64,000 bases of DNA from Amphiscolops sp. MND2022 (Eukaryota), in the NCBI GenBank assembly GCA_964187785.1, contig OZ076409.1:63056001-63120000 (forward strand), given 5' to 3'. The notes below the pieces were generated by a model that saw only the letters and a list, made by a program, of their open reading frames with translations, ran no database searches and was not told where the DNA came from. This document shows, piece after piece, positions 58,501-64,000 of this stretch. Numbering within the stretch: the stretch's first letter is position 1; every line of letters starts with the position of its first letter. A program made the translations under genes and the position numbers.

Positions 58501-61500
58501 GGAAAGAGAGCCATAAAATTTTTCAACGGTTTTTTCATTTGACGTTGCGAATAGCGGGAATGAGAGTTCGGCACCCAAAACGAATATACTCTGAAGATGA
58601 AGAGCAAACTTGAAAAAAGGTGAAATCAAAAGCTGAATTGGAATTGTTGATGATAAAAAATTGGCGTTTTTGATTCAGTTATCAGATCGTCTTTGAACGT
58701 GACGAAAGGGAGGAGACTGTGATTTTCTACTTGATTCCAAATTTTCTGTATTTTATACTCATAAAGACCGTTTCTGACAGTTATAAGAATAGGTCTATAA
58801 GCTGCGTTCTAAATATTGACTGATTTGAGAGTTCTTCACTTCCTTCAAAAACAATTCTGATGAAATTTTCGTCGTATATGTTTTGTATAGCGTTAACGCC
58901 CCGTTTTTGCTAACCACTTCTAACACTTCAGAAGCTCAAAAACTAGAAACATTTGACTACTTGAGCGCTTCCGTAAGCACGGCTTTTTTAAACAATTTGT
59001 CGGTGAAATCTTTCATTTTCGTAACGAATTGCCTGTTAAAGCATAAATGAAAGCAAAATTTTGAAAGGTTTAAGCGATTCGATTTATGGATTGCCCATAA
59101 ACAAGAGATAAGAGAACAAAAAACTCAAAATTGCAACAAGATATGATTCAAACCCGCAGGCTAGAACAGGAATACAACCATCAAAAAGAAAAGTAAATCC
59201 ACAATAGAATTTTATGATGCGAGCAGAAAAGCATGTCAGCCTAGCACATTTGGAATGCTTGTAAACCAAAGGAGTACCTTCTCTAATACAAGGAGGGCGT
59301 GAAAAAAGTTGAAAGGTACGAATACTTTGAAAATTTAATGTACCAAGTTGCTGTAGGTTTGAATGACATTTTTGTGTAAAAGCAACGGTTTAAAAAGATT
59401 CAGGAGTGTGCAAGAAAAAATCGGTGTTTTTCGAAGTAAAATGTGACTTTGATAGTGACTGTTTTTTGATTTTTTAATTTTTTGAGAACACAAATTCATT
59501 ATATTACAGTGATTGTTAAACCGTTTTCCGAGGAAAAAGCTGAGATGACTGACTCATTCTAATCCGTTCACATTCAAACTTCTTGACTAATCTTTCTAAG
59601 TTTGTTTGCCCCGGGAAAGCAATAGTTTTATATTTTCGAAAGAATAACGCTTTATTCAGCATGCAAAAATACCTATTCATTTGTATCAATAGTGCAAGTA
59701 AAACCCCAAAATAACCTAGTCACTGCAGTAAAAATTAAAGTCTAATATGTTGCTGCTGTATCGTCTGCTCCCTAGTAACTGGGAATGCTGACAATACTCT
59801 ATTCAGGTTTAAATTTTGTTGAATAACATCTACTTGATGTTAACTACTTGATGTTAACTTAAAAGGCCAACAGCTAATTTACATAATCGGTGTATTGTTA
59901 CCTCATGCTGGCGCCATGTATTATGCTTGCTTCACCAAGAGATTTTACACAAAAATAAACTGTTAGGAAACATAGCCGCGACAGCATGTCGCGCTTGGCT
60001 TCAAACAGAAACTTTCAATGAATCTACGATTTGTGTGCATTCCAGGGCCCAAAACCATTTGAACTTATGAAGTTTCATATCAGGAAGTTTTCATGAAAGA
60101 ACTAAACATAAATATGAAAAATATCAGAAAAATGAAAGAAGGATTACTGGCGGAAACTCGAAGGCGTCATAATGGTAAAAAACGACCCAAGGTCCTTGTC
60201 GTAATTTCTGAATCACTTTTTGACTAACATGCAGATTACAAAATGCTTGTAAAAGTAACGAAACCATGGACTCTGGATTCGGACTCGGTTCTGAAATACA
60301 TGGGATCAAACATGGAAAACACTGGAAAAGTGCGTTTTTTCATAACTTTTCAAATCCATGAAGTCGAATGTTATTGAAACTGTTTTCGGAAAAAAATGTA
60401 GCTTAGGATCTTGCCCAAGTTATAGTGAAAACGTGGCACTCATATATATTCTCGGTTTTGAAAAATTTATTACACAAGTTTGAAAGTTAGGCAGTGGTCA
60501 CGAAATCTGCGTGAAAAACTCCGCCAAATGGGCATCTCGCAAGCTCGAAGCCTCGAAAGTCAACATCAGGACACTTAATAAAAATTAGCGCACGCTATTT
60601 CCATTGATTTTTACGCACGTTAACGGAACGTTTCAAGCGAGATGTCACTAAATAATTTTAGACTTTCCTGTTGAACTTCTGAATTTCGAAAGTTGTCAAC
60701 AGTTTTCAATAATATTTAATTTGATAATTTTTCGCGATTTAAAGCTTCTGTCGTTTATTTTGAAAAATAATATTTCATGACCACCATAGCGATTGCGACA
60801 TTTCACGAACTCCGAAATAATTTCGACCAAATGATCATCTCGCGAAGCTGGAGCCACAAAACATACGGCGGATTCCCGAATAGCAAAAGAAAAAATAACA
60901 AATACCGTCACTGCGGGAATAAGCCACGATCCAATCATTAACATTAGTATTCGTATTTGGGCAAATTTGAACAATTAATGAACTCAGTGTACGAACATCT
61001 AACACTAATTAGTCTCATCTCAATGAAAGTGTTGCCTGGTTGCTACGAAAATTGAATAGGCATGTCAAAACTGTAATAATTCTCTCCTGTACGGTCTTCA
61101 TATACAATTACTGTGTCATCTAAGTCAAAATTTTGGATGCATACAGGCTGTATGTATCCTTAGTTCATTCCATTTTCTTGAGTATAATTATCAGATGCGT
61201 CAATTTAACCGTTTCAACTATTTACGTGCGATTGAGGTTCTTTTCGTGATATGGTTTGTTCGTAATTTTTCTTACTTGGGACTGATTGTATTCTCCTGCT
61301 GTTCTTTACTTCTCTTATCCTCTCTTGTAGTTTCTCATTCCTTTCTTTCCTCGAATAACACATTTCACTGTTTGTTTTATCAGTCATTCTCTGCGTCCAC
61401 ACTTGCATCTTGTTTTGATTTTGTGCACCTTAATTTGAAACGGCTTCTCTGCTTCTAACTGAACTAACATTTTCAAACTTATTAACAGTTTCACTTATAG

Positions 61501-64000
61501 TTTCATTACTTTGTGACGCCTCTGCTTCTGAATCACAAATGTCTGTCTCTCAAGTGAGGGTGACATTGTCCTCGTCTAGATCTCCTGTTTCTCTTGTTGC
61601 CTCATGCTCAGTTAGAATTAGATGATATTTAGGTGGAGAAGAGAATTCCAATTATGTTAAAGAAAATAAAGAAATGTGAAGTTAGGAACAAATTCGCAGA
61701 GATCAAACATTTTAGCAAGTTGGCAAAATGAAGTAGAAGTTGATGTGAAATTACTGATTTCTAAAGTTGTTTTAAAAAGAATGAATTGAAGGGTACTTTG
61801 TTTTTGCTCTCCTGTTGTTAGTATCCGTTTTTAGCTGCACGAAATTCGTTTTTTAGGAAATCACACTCGACTTCATAGACTTTTATAGATCTTGCGTGAC
61901 ATACAACTTTGCTTTTTGATTGGCTGTAGCCTGCATCACGTTTTCTGTACTGTTATATTAGTTATCAATGGCACTTAGTGAGTCATATCATTCACAACCT
62001 TTTACTCACGCAATATACTGCAGTAGTATGAATAAAAAACCTTGATGAATCTTAGTTTCAATAAATTGTATTAGATATTTCAGGAAGGTGAAATTATACT
62101 ACATTACACTGCAAACCGGGTTCAGCATTTGTGCTAAGCGTCCAAAATCCACGTACAGTATCACTGTACTAACGCTTCGTACAGTTTGTTCTTTTCTCTA
62201 TTAACTGCAGTAGGTGGTTATATGTAGTTGTCAGGCAAGTAATATGCACTCTACTCTCATACCTATGCATGAATAAAAATGTTGGTAAGTATTACATGAC
62301 ATAATTAGTTTATGAAGGTCATCATGGCTGTTTTCAAGATATCATATATAAATTTACTTTTCTCAGTTACATATTGTAACACGTTTTGAATATAAATGGT
62401 TTGAAGGTGGCTATAAGCCTTTTTGCTTTCGTCTCTGCTCTCCGGTTCCGACGCAATTTCTAGGCTGCTACCAAAAATTTTGAGACGTCAATCGATGAAA
62501 ATCTTTTATTTACAGCAGCTAACACATTTTAGCTTACGCAGAAATATTACTGAAATCGAATTTTGTTTGTATAAGTTTTTTTTCATCAAGGACATACGTT
62601 TGATTGTTCGAAGCTCACCAACGCATGTGTTCGATCAAATTACCATAACGATTAGCCGCGCGAATAGCAACGCTTCTCCTCTACTTCTAGTGCCGTGAAT
62701 GCAGGGCTGAAGCCAAACGGAGTCACGTACCATCTGTGGTTCAGCGGTTGACTCTGACGAAGGCCGCCGTGTCGGAAAGAGGAAGGAGGTGTCACACAAT
62801 AAGTTCTGCTGTGGAAACTTTAAATTTGTATGACAACTGAAACTCTTTTCATTTTAAGGTTATTTGCTCTTATGCTATTCGGTACGTAATCATGAATACG
62901 TATGAACAGCACGGTCAATAGAAACGGATTGTTTTTTTTTCGTTTAGATAAATGACTTTCTCATCTGTGCTGGTTGTCCCATCAGATTCGTTTGCTCCAG
63001 TGATTGGGTCTGTAGTGTTCACTTCATCATTTGTCGCTTCGTCATCTTCAAAATGAAAATCCTACAGGGTTACTGTATCATAATAAAAAATCGTATACTG
63101 ACTGGTTCGCGTCTGATGGTAAAGGTTCCTTTCTAATTGTTTAGGATTGATAGTTTCGAGATTGCTGTTTTTGTTGCTTATTCTTATCATGTGGATTTTT
63201 CTGATTGTCTTCTTTGTGTCTTCCAATTGCGAACTGCCATGATTTTGACATCCCTTTTTAAGTTTTCAACAACTGGGGAGTCAGTTGCTTCTCTACTCCA
63301 GATTTTCTTTCTTCTCTCCTTTTGTGTGAATAGCTTGGTGTTTCCGAATGTCTCTCAAAGCTCCAGTCCAAATTGTTACCATCTGTTCTCTCATGTACAA
63401 GCTGTTTTTAGCATTTTTTCCTGACTTGTTTGATACTTCGTCTCTCTCCATCGAAGGTTTTGGCGGTCCACGTTGAACAATTTTTTCCTGTCTTTCTGTT
63501 CGCTGTAAAAATTAACCATCTAGTCCTCTTAGGTTCTCTTCGTTTTCTGGACAGAGGAGTATAACAAAAGCACTTTGGCAGGGAGATATTTTTCATTCAG
63601 GTTCAATGATTTTTCCCTAATTGGTAAAATCACAAACACAACATTGTATTTTTTTCAAAAATTTGTTTGTTTAAAAGAAGTAGCACAGTTGAAGTTATTC
63701 AAACGTGTCTTCGAAAAACGCGTTTCATAAAGTGAGAACATCAAAAAACCGAAGCAGCAAATCCAGAATGAAATAAGTCACACAGTCAAAAAAGACTCTA
63801 TTTTCCCACAATCCTTGAGAAAACGTTTATCAGTTTGACAAGACCGAAATTAACGAAAGACGTAACCCCTAAGACTCGGAAAACGGTTTCGCTTATTTCT
63901 TAAAGTAATATCCAGTTGTCAATACACACTAATTTGTTTACGATGTTTTTCGTGTTCGCTGCTATTATGTGGTTTCAGTTACAGCAATTCGTGACTTTGT

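Overview
AT-rich, repeat-dense animal genomic DNA (no prokaryotic features). A + strand host gene with tandem EGF-like repeats contributes four phase-compatible exons (24126-24363, 27430-27635, 35272-35348, 55344-55531). The window is dominated by two related LTR elements. Element B (35426-54652, +, 19.2 kb, apparently identical 735-bp LTRs) is a giant Ty3/Gypsy retrotransposon inside the third visible intron. It has a 2.4-kb leader, ORF1, and a fused Gag-Pol with a tandemly duplicated protease, a dUTPase-like segment and an integrase tail carrying AT-hooks, a Cys cluster and two TARG1/OARD1-like macrodomains. It also has a ~1455-aa third ORF in the env position that looks like an SGNH-fold protein rather than an envelope. 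Element A (14108-21661, -, 7.55 kb, 772-bp LTRs) has no gag/pol and different LTR bodies. It nevertheless shares B's U5 att end, the displaced tRNA-Arg-like PBS, a homologous leader, the PPT region and a 159-nt block that is 157/159 identical and centred on a palindromic-loop (ATCGAT) hairpin. It carries its own decayed AT-hook ORF. Together A and B look like a helper/satellite retroelement system. The rest is satellite, MITE/Helentron-like repeats, a fold-back and decayed sequence. All domain calls are by-eye motif recognition, not database results.
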